A stretch of DNA of 63,964 nt, the filler included, from Thelocarpon superellum (Eukaryota): NCBI GenBank assembly GCA_026025795.1. It is 3 parts of 3 records of this genome, joined end to end, with 100 filler letters (N's around TTAATTAATTAA, not from the genome) between each part and the next. Parts side by side here need not be neighbours in the genome. Positions count along the whole stretch, not along the records: positions 23,538 to 46,941 come from JAPEUG010000284.1; 2 more parts are not named here. One strand, given 5' to 3'. Below the pieces are notes generated by a model. It did not search any database. It had not been told where the DNA came from and saw only the letters and a list, made by a program, of their open reading frames with translations. The position numbers were made by a program, and so were the translations under genes. Shown here piece by piece: positions 24,831 to 37,581 of the stretch (position 1 is the first letter of the stretch; every line of letters begins with the position of its first letter).

Positions 24831-25321
24831 CCACCGGTCCTGCGCTGTCCTTTGCTTTCCTCGAGGGACGGGATACCTGCATCCCCGGTGGTATATGAGA
24901 TGTGGCATGCGCCCATGTGACGTACGCATTTGAGTCCAGATCTCTCTGGTGTATCAGAGCTCTGAAGGACGTCCGTGCAATCTACCATTAGGACATGATG
25001 CCGCCCAAATAGGCGCGCAAATATTTACCAGTTGTTTCTCAGTGACAGATGGCGACGACCAAAATCGTAATAAAATAATCATATTTATTTTCGATTATTC
25101 ACATCGACAAATGTTCGAGCAGACCTGTCATTCCAACACCTACAGATCAAATCAAGGCAATAAATCGACAATCGTCTCTGACCATCAAAACAAGATGTAT
25201 CAATCGCAGTGACGTTCTTCTCGGGAGTCCTGCACCTTCCGACTCCCTGCCTCCATGTCCTATCCCACGTCTATTTCGATGCGCTTTTCAATTTGCCATG
25301 CTCTTGCGTACATCACCGCGT

Positions 25322-27647
25322 TCACGCATCAGTTCCCTTCAGATCAACATGCTCATGGACCACGTCGGAAGGAATGCCGGCCTCGGCGGTGTCCTTGAGG
25401 TCCTCCTCGCCCATTTCGCCTTTCCACCCGTGGGCCACGAGATAGGCGCGAAATTTCTCGTCCTCCAGGGACAGATCTTCGCCTGACACGTTGGGGATGA
25501 AGAAGTACGTGACGAGGATCCCGGCCACGCCGCAGATGGCCGCGATGATGAACGTCCACCCTGCGAAACATGTTCTGGTCAGAAAAGGAGGTGTTTTGCG
25601 CGGGGATGGGCTCTCGAGCACTCACGTTTGCCTAGATTATTCTGGATCGGTTGGAAGACTTCGGTCCCGACTGCCGCTCCAGTTTTGCCTGTCGAATTGA
25701 TGAGAAATTACTTTCTTACTCCATCCTCCTGGATGAGCATACCAATGGCAGCGGAGAGCCCATAACTGCAAATGTCTGATCAGTATACTGGATTGGATCA
25801 AGTCCGTGAGCTGACGTACCATGTTCCTCTTACGGCGGTGGCATAACTTTCCGAAGAGAGTAATCCAAGCATATCACTAACCATGGGTTAGTCGAGCCAT
25901 CAGACCACAGGAGAACCGCGCCTCACCCAGGCCCAAAATTCCCAGATGACTATCGACAGGTTAGAAATCGTGAATGGCCGCGAGAAAGGTGTGAACGAAC
26001 CAGCAACAGTGCGTAGAAGATGATGAACAAGGGTATACTTTGGAAGGTCAGCATCGCTCTTTACGCCTCTCTGGTCTACCCACATCTTCGTGATCTGGTC
26101 ATAAGCCACTCCGATGATCAAGCCAAAGACGACTGGGATGTGGGGGTCAGTACTCGAAGCCACGTTCTAGGATTCACATCACCCACGATAACCACCAAAG
26201 CCAACCATCATGACATTCTTGCGTCCCCATCTGTTGCAAAAGACGGCTCCTAGAAAGACTCCCGGCAAGGCAAGAGCTCCAAGGAGAAGTTGGTACTCCG
26301 CCGTGCTCCGGATACTGCCGTCCTTGACCACGCTGGAGATGATGACGCCGGAGAAGACACCGTTGGGAAAGGTGACCTGCTGGAGTGAGCGGCGCGAAGA
26401 TGTCCCTCGCCAAGACCACCGCTTACAAAGTCATAGAGGAACCAGGCGCCACATGTGCCAATGAGCGCCTTCCAGTAGTAACGAAGCACGAGACCATAGG
26501 GCACCGAGCGCTTGATGGCGCCCCGTCGGTACAGTTTCGAGTTGAGCATCTTCACGCGAAAGTAGAAGACGGTCAGGGGCAGGGCAATGCCGACACCAAA
26601 GTTGACGCGCCACACGGTCGACAGGTGCTCATTCCCCGCGGCCGCAAGGGCGATCAGAAAGACAATGACGGCCAAGGGGCCACCGAATGATAGAGGGAAG
26701 TTGGTGACCATGATAAAGATGGGCCCACGTTGCGACAAGGTGTACTCGTTGGCAGATTCCGTGGCCGAGGCGGATGAGGCAGGGTATTCTCCTACGACCC
26801 GTCAGCTCTGGTAGGCCGATCGCAGACGTGATGGTGGACTGACCCCCCGTGCCGAATCCCACGATGCCACGAGCAACCTTGAGGGATGATCAGCAAGCAT
26901 CTTCAACGAGAAGCCAAGTCCGGCATACCGTCATCATCCAGAACATGCCCTCGATCGTCACCCCATTGGACGCTACGTGAAAGCTTAGCGGCTAGAGTTC
27001 ATAGGAGCGGCATGGCATATCACCGACCAGTTCCAAGGATACCACCGATGACAATCATCAACGTCGTCGTGACGATAGCCACCTTTCGACCAAGATAATC
27101 GCAGGTCAAGCTGCGCGGATCAGCATGGGAACCCTCCGAGCACGGCCACCTCGGAAAGGTGCGGCACACACCCGATGACGATTTGGCCAAAGATCTCGCC
27201 GACGAGCAGGGCATTGGACACGCGCGTGCTCACGTCCGACGTATATTGCTTGGGGTATTCGGCCTTCAAGACGACGTTGGTCATGGTCCTGGAGGAGGTA
27301 CAACTTAGTAGGGGAGACGCTGGCGGTGAAGGGCCACACGCCAAGGCCTACATGAGGTTGTTCTGATAACCATCGCTGATTAGGGCAAAGCCGGCACAGA
27401 ACTACGATGCCCAACGTGTTAGATCTCAAGGTCAGAGGGAGGCCAGCGGGACCCTGGTAGAATCGGGCCAGTGGTAACATACAATGGTGAACAAATCAGA
27501 GAGTCGCTGTCTCTTGGACGACACGAACTTGGTGGAGGTGGTGGGATCGGAGTCGGCCTCCGTCAGGGAGTCGGTCGTCGTGACAGGCTGGGACGCGAAG
27601 ACGGGCTTATCCTGCTGGTTGCCCATGTTATTGCCAGAAGCATCCAT
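25322..27647 (-). CDS. git1: MFS glycerophosphoinositol/glycerophosphodiester permease (Git1-like), about 14 introns
   Basis: FCAGFALISDGYQNNLM, CDYLGRK, ARGIVGFGTGGEYPASS, GNFGPGDMLGLLSSESYATAVRGTCYGLSAAIGKTGAAVG and C-terminal EDEKFRAYLVAHGWKG. Start at 27647 or 27626. Confidence 0.88.
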
Positions 27648-28796
27648 CTTGAGAGGAAGCTTGACGCGTCACGTCGACGAGGCGGAAGCGACGGAGCGAG
27701 GAGACAGGGCCGACTTGATCGGAATGACTCGTGTGAGCAACTTAGAAGCAGGCAGCACGCTTTCGGACCGACGGACATGGCCTCAAGGTGGAAGAGAAGT
27801 GATCCAAGGGTATTTGGACCAACGCATGGGCCATGTCTTACCGATTCAAGACGATGGGAGGGTATGCGGCGGGGTGGCCGTCGTGCGATGCTGGCCTCGT
27901 GCGGGCCTTCCTAGGTAGGCCATGGAGCTGTCGCCGATGTGGTACGTGCGGATTCCTACGCTGGGCGAGCCTGCGGCGCCGCACTCCAGACGGAGGTCAC
28001 ATGTATGAGGGAGATCCAATGACAATAAGATCTGGCACCCCGTGGCGCTTGACAAGCCCTTGTGTCGTACCATGGTCCATGCCTCTGGGGCTCGCCAGGA
28101 TGGTCTTGGCCTCAACGTGGTGACGCGACGCGGCCACGACCGACGGATGCGGGGGACTCCCTGCATCTTGACGAAAGATGTAATACGCTCCTACCGCCAC
28201 CGGCCACCATCTGCGAAGAGTGATGGTGACCTCGGTGTGTGATGGGTACGAAGTCAATGCGATTTGTTCGGGCCGTATCAAGTCACGTCAAGTCTCATCA
28301 AGTCCAGGAGTGGGGCCGCCGACGGCCGGCCATCCTCGCCTCATCGTGCATGAACGGGCCGGGCGCCAGGGTCGGCAGCGTATCGGAGGGCCACACCAGC
28401 GCCACGCGCATACATCGGGGAGCCTCCAACCCCCAGCTTCTGGAGCCAGAACGCTCCGCATGCTCCACAAGGGCCACTCGAGAATCCACTTCACAACCTT
28501 CGTTGACCGCGACTCCGGTTTTGGATCTCAGACTTCAGGATGATGTATTGGCAGTGTGGACTTTGGTAGACAAATTGGCGGCTCAAGGGCTGTCGATCCT
28601 CCGGTGGGTCGAGATCCGCGGGATGCAACCCACAAACGAGATGCTACCTGCACAAGTATTTCGTAGGGGAACTCCATCGAACGGTCTACCAATGCTACCA
28701 GTATTGCAATACTCATACTACTAGGATGATAGTATGAGTACTGGACACTACGATCTAGCGCCAATCCAACGCTATAGATATGCTACCTGGGTTGCT

Positions 28797-29787
28797 CTAC
28801 TTCTTTGGTGCTTCCTTTTTCTCCTCGGGCTGGGGCGTAGGTAATTTGAACTAGGCACAGATGTGATCAGCTCAAGTCACCATGAACAGAGGGTCAACAA
28901 AGGATGGCGTGCAACCCTACCTGGTCTGGCTGTCGGTCCTTTCCTGGCCCAACTCCCTCCCAGGCCGACGTGCCACCTTCGAAGTTCCGGAAGGCCTGCG
29001 TCAATTCCAGCGGCTCCACCACGATCCGCTTCTTTTCCTCGTCGTATCGAATCTCCGTATAGCCGGTCAACGGGAAGTCTTTCCGCAAGGGATGTCCATC
29101 GAAGCCGTAGTCGGTCATGATGCGGCGGAGGTCGGGGTGGCCGACGAAGAAGACGCCGAACAAGTCGTACACCTCACGTTCATACCAATTGGCCCCGTCG
29201 TAGAGGCCACAGATGCTGGGCACCGGCGTAGCTTCGTCGGCATAGGTCTTGACGCGGATGCGCGAGTTGTGTCGCACGCTGAGGAGGTTGTACACCACCT
29301 CAAAACGTTGGTCGCGCGTCGGGTAGTCGACCGCCGTGATGTCGCTGACCTGCGTGAACTCGGCCGCCGTGTGGTATTTGAGAAAGGACATGACGGGGAT
29401 GACGCCCGAGGGAGCGATGTAGATGGTGAGCTCGTCTTTCCACACCGAAAACTGCTGGATGTATTTGGGCAAGCTGGACAGCAGGTATTGTCCGTAGGCG
29501 TGCAGGTCATTCGCCTTCTCTTGATACCGGTCGGTCGGATTGATGATCGGCGCCTTGATCTCTCCCATCGCTACCCAAGGTCAGCGTGGGCCTTCGACGT
29601 GCGGGAGGGAGCACCCACGAGGTCGCTCGGCGTGCCGCATATTGGGTTGATCCACTTCCGACGCAACCTCTTTCCGCCGCGATGCGAGGGGGGAAAAGCC
29701 GCGGGGCACCCCACGTCCCGCGGGATACACCGCGGCGGGGGATGCCACGGGCCGTGCGAGCCGTGCCCGACATATTCTCAATGCCAT
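28797..29787 (-). CDS. NDUFS3: NADH:ubiquinone oxidoreductase 30 kDa subunit (NDUFS3/NuoC), 3 exons
   Basis: Arg-rich mitochondrial presequence [57 protein letters not shown]; last exon [17 protein letters not shown]. Confidence 0.96.
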
Positions 29788-30522
29788 GGTGGCGTGCGTA
29801 GGATGAGAGGTGGTCGATGTGCCCACATGAAGTCATGGACACTGCACGAAATCCACCGAGCAGCCAGACGAAGATCAGCCACGTGATGCCAGGAGCTCTC
29901 GGGTCACCCGATTCAACGCGTCCGGAGTCACGTGGGTGGACCCGCGCCCCCTGCAGTGGCGACGAAGCCAAAATGGGCCAGCGGCAGGCAACTTGCTGAT
30001 TCACTACCGCTGTTGGGTCTGGGTCTTGGCAATTTTGCTCTCGCCATCCGTACTACTGGTGGTGGCCGTCCGTCTGGCTCGCCTGGCCCTGTCTCTTCAC
30101 TGCGTTGCAGTCTCCGAGACTACGGAGCCCATCTACTCTGAATAGGCAGAGAAGAGAGAGGCAGTGAGACTGCAGACAGGTCGACGGAGGACATCGAGCG
30201 ACCTCTTCAACTCGCGTCTGCCTTTCTTGGGCATTCGTCCCCGGTCTCGCCTTCCCTACGCTAATCCATCTTCTCTCGCTTTGCTCCCCAGTGTCTCGAC
30301 AACACTCTTCTTCCCTTCCGCTGCGCGTCCAAGTGATCAACACTTCTTCCATTCTCGTCTGCTGCTCGGCGTCGTTGCCTCGCCGTCCGATCCGCCACCG
30401 TCGCGTTGGCCGCCACCCTCAGCACCCACCCGCCGCGCGTTTGACCCTTCATGTACACCATCCTCCTCTCCGTTTTCTGATCGCCCTCTCGCGCCGTGGC
30501 GTCGAACTCGTTCGTCGTCAAC

Positions 30523-33462
30523 ATGGCGGGCCGCGTTCAGCAAGACACCTTCATCGATGACTCGGATGAGACATGGTATGTGCCTTGGATGCATCGCTGC
30601 CACCCACGGCCCCCATCCGCTTCGGTCTCCAGCTAACCGGCCGCGATAGTCCGCTCTGCGTCGAAGAGTTCGACCTCTCCGACCGACACTTTCGACCATG
30701 TCCGTGCGGCTATCAAGTACGTGGGACCCTACTGACCTCCCGCCTTCACTATGACCTTCCTCCAGTGACTAACGGGCCCGTCTGCACAGGTATGCCAGTT
30801 CTGCTTCAACAACATCAAAAATAACATGAACGGCCTCTGCCCGGCGTGTCGACGACCGTACAACGAGAAGACCATCGAGTGGAAGGTCGTGAGCCCTGAA
30901 GAGTGAGTGAACATACACGCCACTCCTCCTCGATGCATCGCGTTGACACCCCGCCTAGATTCAAGGCCGACATCCAGAAACAAGCTCGCAAGAAGGCCGA
31001 GATGCGGCAGAAGGAAGCACAAAAGCGCGAAGTCGAGAGCCAGAATCGAAAACACTTGTCTGGCCTCCGGGTTGTGCAGAAGAATCTTGTCTACGTTGTT
31101 GGCCTCAACCCGCGCATTCGCGAAGAGGATCTGCTGTCCACGCTGCGTGGCGAACAGTATTTCGGGCAGTACGGAAAGATTGTCAAGATCGTCGTCAGCA
31201 AGGCCAAGGACGGCGGCCACGGCAACCAGCCACTAGGCGTCTACGTCACCTTTGCTCGCGTCCAAGACGCCGAGAAGTGTATTGCCGCCGTCGATGGATC
31301 GGAGAACGGAGGCCGCACGTTGAGGTAAGTGTAATCTCCGTGGCGAGCTCGCCCGACCACCGCTGACATGACTCCCCATGGACAGGGCTCAATTCGGCAC
31401 GACCAAATACTGCTCAGCCTACCTGCGCAACGAGCAATGTATGAACAAGAGCTGTATGTTCCTTCACGAGCCGGGCGAAGAAAAGGACAGCTTCACCCGC
31501 CAGGACCTCTCCTCCATCAATGTCGTCTCCACCCAACGTCCGGCCGCATCCGACGCTGCCGGACCCTCTGGCACCAGCGGAGGTGACTCCCGCGCCGCCG
31601 AAGCCCACGTATCTGCGCCCGCACAACGTGGCCCACACGCGGTCGCCGCTGCGACGCAGCCAATGGCGAGAATGCCGAGCAAAGAGGGCACTATCAGCCC
31701 CGTCGACAGCGGTGACGGCTCTGCCCTCCCATCCTCCGCCAGCTGGGCAAACAGGGGTCTCCAACAACAGCAGAGCCGAAGGACGAGTCAGTCCGTGAGT
31801 GCCTCGTCGCCGAGCCCGGTGGTCGGCGGCGCCGCCTTAGCGTCGCTGGGCCGGCCCTTCGGGCGGATCGACTCGAATGCTGCGTCGAACGTGAGGGGGC
31901 CGGAGTCACAGATGAACTTACAACTCTCGCAGCGAGCGGCCTCATCTCACCAGCCCTCGTCGTATGACATCATGCATGGTCTGGCAGGACCTCGTCCGGA
32001 CATGACCTCCATGTTTAATGACCTGATCGCGAATGTCTCCTCGCCCGACTTTTGCTTCTCCATGGACAGAACCATGTTCTCGCCCGAGGAATACGAATCC
32101 ATCATGAACTACCCGTGCTTGATCGACCCGTCCGGAGGCGCCAAGCGTCGTGCCATGCGTGAACAGGACGAAAGGGAGATCCGCGAGCGCGCGCAAGATC
32201 CGCTGGCTGGCCTTCGCGCCACTCCGGATGCGGTGGGGGAGGATATGGCCGGAAGTGGAAGTCTCCAACTGGGCGGTGAGCCGGAAGAGGGCCACGGAGG
32301 GAGCGAGCATGGTCGACGGGGTGAGATGCCGGCCGTGAGCGCGCAGGAGCCTCGGGGACGAACCATCCAGCCACCTTCGCAGCCGGGGATGGGCGCAGCC
32401 ATATCCGGCGCTGGCTTTGGACCGATGCAAGGCGCCGAGATGTCGTCGCATGGCCGGAGCTTCACCCCGTCGCAGCAGACGTCGTATGGCGTGCTGGAGG
32501 GCGGGGAGGCCCAAGGCGGTAGCTTCTTGGACCAACTGCCGCAGTCATTCTTGCCCCAGGCCCCATCGTCGCAGACGGGTCTCTTCCAGAATCCGCTGCA
32601 ACAGCTCACGCCGCAAGGCCACGCGCGGCAATCGTCCCGGTTCAGCTTTGCCAACGACTCCTCATCCGCCTCGGCTGCGGTCAAGCCGGCGATCAATGTC
32701 AAGTTGATGGCGCAACAGTCGGCCATGATGCCGAGCACGGCCAGCAGCGCGTCGGGGCCCTCGCAGCACCAGCCTCCGCACGGCTTCGGAGGTCCCTACC
32801 ACGCAGGCCCGACCCAAGGTCCGCCGCCCGGATTGAAGTCGGTCGGCACCCCACCGGTCAGTGGCGGAGGCATGTTCAGTCAAGGACACGGTTTCACCGC
32901 CGGCGCCGCCGGCGTCGGATCGTCGCTCAGTCGCGGTACGTCGGCCATGGACGACAAAAACGAGCTTTTGCGCGATATGTTCCGGCCCCGAGGAGGGGCA
33001 GGGGGGCCGAGTGGGGCCGCGGGTGGCCAGACGTCAGAGGCAGGAAAGCGTGAGTACATGTTTCCTTCTTTCCTCCAACAGCACCCGACTAGCACCAACA
33101 CCACGGCTGCTACCACCACTGCCACCGTCGCTTCCACCCCTGCTCCGGGGCTGCTAGGCTCGCTGTATGGTGCTCCGGCCGCCGGCGTCTACCCCGACCC
33201 GAGCGCGTCGAAGCAGCCGAAGAAGAAGGGGAAGAAGCATCGACATGCTAACACTTCCTCCTCGGGGGGAGGTGGAATAGTCAACCTGGCAGACCCGAGC
33301 ATCCTGCAAGCCCGCGTCAATCAACCTGCCGGTACGGCTTCGGGGCAGGGGTACTTTGGTGGCAGTGGTGCTAGTGGTGTGGCCGGCGGTGCGGCGGCTG
33401 GTCAAGGTCAAGGTGGGTACAATCCTGCCGTGATGTATGGCGCGGGCTACGCGCGCTGGTAG
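30523..33462 (+). CDS. not4: CCR4-NOT E3 ubiquitin ligase Not4, short isoform (RING + RRM + C3H1, disordered tail)
   Basis: C4C4 RING CPLCVEEFDLSDRHFRPCPCGYQ|VCQFC...CPACRRPY; RRM LRVVQKNLVYVVGL; AQFGTTKYCSAYLRNEQC...CMFLHE. Four 5' introns; stop at 33460-33462. Confidence 0.93.
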
Positions 33463-34157
33463 GCCCGCGCCGACCCTTATCTTCTTGTCCATCTCTTCCT
33501 CCCTCCACCTCTTTTCTCTCTGCACCTCTTCATCTCTTGCACCATCATCCTCTCTCTGAGCGTGCGAGAGGTGTTCGGTGGTCTTGGCGTGACCACGGCG
33601 TTGCATACGGCATCTCTGGGTTCTCTCCGTCCGTCTGCCTCCTTCGGACGTTGGACACTGTGTCTGCATCTTCAGGCGTCCGTGTCGTCTCCCGTCTCCT
33701 CTTCTCTACCCCTGTCGCCTGTCCCGATTCGATGGCCGCCAGTGAGGCGTCCGTCACTGCTGCCGCGTCTTGCGAGCCTTGCTCCCTCTGCGCGGTGTCA
33801 GCGCCGAACGCGGTCTCGTATCCTTCTGATGTACGTTAACATCCCTGCCCCCACCATCTCGATCACGAGAGCACTAGCCAAACAACCTTCTTACATTTAC
33901 ACGTCGCGTCGCCATAGTCATCTTCCCTTTGATAGATCCTGTAACGGCGCTCGTCGATCAGTTTCGATCGACGCAATGCACAAGACCGGCCGAAAGGTTC
34001 ACGAGCGAGAACCAACGTGTGCGCGGTTGATCGTCATCTTTCCTCACGTGCCTGCCTGTACTTCTCTTGTCCGCGCGCGCTTGACACACTTTCAAGTTGT
34101 CTCGTGAACAAAGTTGGAACGCCATTTTGATCTGCGCTGACTGCTAGTGCGGCGCAG

Positions 34158-36595
34158 ATTCCAACTTTTCTCACGGACCATCGAGTGAAGCTGCACATGC
34201 CATCGGGCCCAACATTTTCGAGCCCACCACGTTCCATCCCAAGACTATCCCGGCCAGCACTGGAGATGGAGGCGCCGCTCGATCTCCAATTCAACCTGCC
34301 ATCCCGATTAGGGCAGGTCCGGCTCCGTCACATCCTTTGCCCAGCTGGGTGCCAACTGGTCCCGCTCGTCAGCACCGTCGACTGCCATCCGTTGAAGAGA
34401 TCCCCCCCGAATCCACTGGATCGAAGGGGAACGGCCAGGCGGTCGATACTGTGCCACCCCTCGGGCCCACGACGGGACAGCGTAGGGACAGGCCACCCGC
34501 CCAGCCTGAGAGGCTACCGGCACAGCCTGAGACTAGCCGGCGGTCTCAAGAAGACAGGCCGAAAGCTTCGCATCTCGAGAAGCTCAATATCGCTGCCGCG
34601 AAGCAAGAGATGGCTGAGCCGCCCAGCAGCTCAGCGATGTCTAAGCCCGAAAGCGCCGATCGAACGAGCCAGCCACGTTCAAGTGCCCCCCCGGCGCCTG
34701 CCACCTTCGACACGGAATTTCCCTCGCTTCGTCCTCCGCAACACAAGACCTTGCGAGTCGTTGCCGCTCCCCATGCCGAGGCCATGTCATCTACGTCGAC
34801 CTCATCCACGGCTGTGCCATCGCCCGTGGCTCAGCTTCCGTCGCGGAAGCCAAGTCAGGCCTCGCTCACTCGTCCGGCGACGCCGGCCAGTGAATTGATC
34901 TCCGACAATGCCTCCATTACATCGACCTCGATCTCTCAGTCTCGCGCTAGCTCGCCGCCGCCGCCGATGCCACCGGCGGTGGTCGGGTCGGCCCCGGTTC
35001 GCCAAACGACCAAGAACCAGCAAAAGAAGCAGCGCAAGGAGTCGAAGAAGGAACAGGAGAAGAGCCTGATCACGGCCCCAGCGGAAGAGAAGGAGATCGG
35101 ACCGATCGTGGGACGCAAGAAGAAACAGAAGACCAGAGTAGTCAGCACTCAAGCCGAGGACTCCGCGCCGTCCGCCAGCCGTCCCGTCTCTCCTGGTAAA
35201 GAGACGAATCTGGAGGAGGCGGAAACCACGATTACCACGGAGCCCGAAGCTGTCGAAGCCAGTCCGGTCGTGGCCAGTCCTGTTGAAGCTAGACCTGTTG
35301 AAGCCGCACTCGCCGTGACTAGCCCCAACGACCCCAGCCCAGCCGAGCCCACTTCGGCTGAGGCGAAGACGCTTGCCAAGGGCAAGGGTAAAGCGGCTCT
35401 TAGCCAACCACCTTCGGACAAAGCGGCTCCGAGCGACGTCGGTCCTGTTGAGAATGCGGCCGCTCCGTATACTGGTCCGTATGCCTTTCCGCAGCCACCG
35501 ACGATGAAGAGCATTCTCAACTCTACGCGGAGCGCCAACTTGCTCGTGTCCGATCTGGTTAAGCGGGGGGATTTGGACCCCAGCACTCATTCCTTCTTCA
35601 ACCCGAGTGTCGGCGCCAACCAGCGATTCGACTTCACCGACGAGGACTTTGCCGACATGGAGAGCAAGGTGAAGCTCACGACTCAGGATCAAATGGCACT
35701 GGCTCAAGGGCGGGCGGTCCGTCTGGTCCATCCGGAAGATGGCACGTCATCCAATGCGGTGGTGACACCAGGAGGGTGCTTCCTCCGTGGTCTGTCGGAT
35801 GAAAAGGAAGATCGCTTCCTTGAGCTGGAGCAACAGATCGCCGACACGCCAGAGGCGACCAAGTATACACCTGCGCGTCACGTGGGCGAGAATTCCTTCT
35901 TCATGGTGGGTGGACGCGTGGTGCAGAGCGGGCCGGGGGCCATGGTCGGCGCCAGTGCAGGGACGCAAGCCGTGGACGGAACATATCTCTGGACCTCCAG
36001 CAAGATGCGCATCGACGAGGCGTTGAATTATATCAACCAATTCGTCTTACCCGCGCTTCCGAAAGGATCGGGTAGCGGAAACGGGCGCGGCCCCGGGCCA
36101 GGAGCCAAGACCAATCCGGCGAACACAGACACGGGCCGCGCGCCTGATCCTAGCAGCTACACGCAGTATATCATCCCCGGAACGGGCAGTTCGACGGCCT
36201 CGCCATCCACGTCGAACATGACGGCCAACTTCACCGCCGACGTTGCAGGCGTAATGCACTATATGGCATCGGGGAGCACGTCGAGACTCGATCCCTCGCC
36301 ACCTCTCGGCACGGTGGACGAGCTATCCATGACGGCGCAGGCGTACCCGCGACAACCCAGCCTGCAATTGATGCAGGAAGCCAGCGGCGCCGACGCCGAC
36401 GCTGACGCCGACGGAGACGAGGACGGAGAGGGATTCACGAGTGACCTGCCACAGAACGTCCCGCTTCTGACGGCATTCGAGGCAGAGACAGCCATGATCA
36501 ATGCGAGACGCGAGCTGGAAGGCCTGGAGAAGAAGTTATCGGCTCTTGTCAAACGAAACCGAAAGGGTGTCACGACCGCCGCTGGCGTTGAGTAG
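34158..36595 (+). CDS. not4: Probable alternative terminal exon of not4 (long isoform, about 810 extra aa)
   Basis: GCTGAC branch point and CAG acceptor ending at 34157. The frame is open from 34160 to TAG 36595 with no ATG near its 5' end. It joins in frame to the GTGGGT donor at 33413 (G|AT = Asp). It ends in a coiled coil EAETAMINARRELEGLEKKLSALVKRNRK. Confidence 0.75.
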
Positions 36596-37179
36596 GGTGA
36601 GACAGCAAGTGAGCGGGAGTCTGAGGAATTGGCTCAACTTTCCTGTTCATCGTGCGTCGACCTTGCAGGGTCCAACTGTTTATTGTCCATTGTTCATCGC
36701 TCCACCTTCCATTCACCCAGTCACTCATTTTTTGGACGGAGTCGACTTGTTGCTCGTGCGTACCAGACTGGACGAGACCCCATCGCGACCAAGGGCATGC
36801 ATTCTCATGATTGTATTACTAGAAGTCGATTAGAGTAGAGAAGGGGGGACGGATCCAATTAACACTGCTCTCTTTCCATTCCACCACTAGTGACTTATAC
36901 AGATACTCAGATCGAGTGGTAAGCGCTCCCAACACGTGCTGTAGAAGACCCATCCTCCAGATCCCTAAAGCAATCCTATAGATCTCGCTCTCACTAGTTG
37001 ATATGTGTACTGTATATACAACGGGCCATCACTCCTTTCGCCCACCGCCGCTTCCGTCGCCGTTGGAGGCCAGAAACATCCAATCTATAACTAATAGAAC
37101 AATTCATACTTATCGAGACTAGCAGACTTTGCGGGATGTAGATGGATGAGAAGATTGAGGAACGGATATGTGTGTGTAT

Positions 37180-37184
<5 letters not shown>

Positions 37185-37246
<62 letters not shown>
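37185..37246. repeat. (AG)21-AA-(AG)9 microsatellite
   Basis: Direct reading; lies between the convergent 3' ends of not4 and atg13. Confidence 0.97.
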
Positions 37247-37581
37247 GCGAAAGGATAGACGAGAACGAGAAATGGGGCGTTGACTGGGAATAAAAGATAG
37301 TATAAAGATGGGTAGATGTAAAGTTGATCAATCTATTGCTTGGATCGATGGATCATGGACGAATGAACCTCCTTTTATGCAACATCCTTGCGGTTCTTTC
37401 CTTTTTCTTCCTTCTCGTCTTCTCTCATCTGAACCCATTCTTTGTTAATCGATCTCGTCGGAGGAGGGAAGGGAGGAAAGAAGGAGGGAGGCGAAAAGTA
37501 ATGGTAATGATGATGGTGTCAATAATAGTGGAGATGAAGGGGAGCGTACGTGGACGAGGAAGAGCAGACGAGATCAACCCA

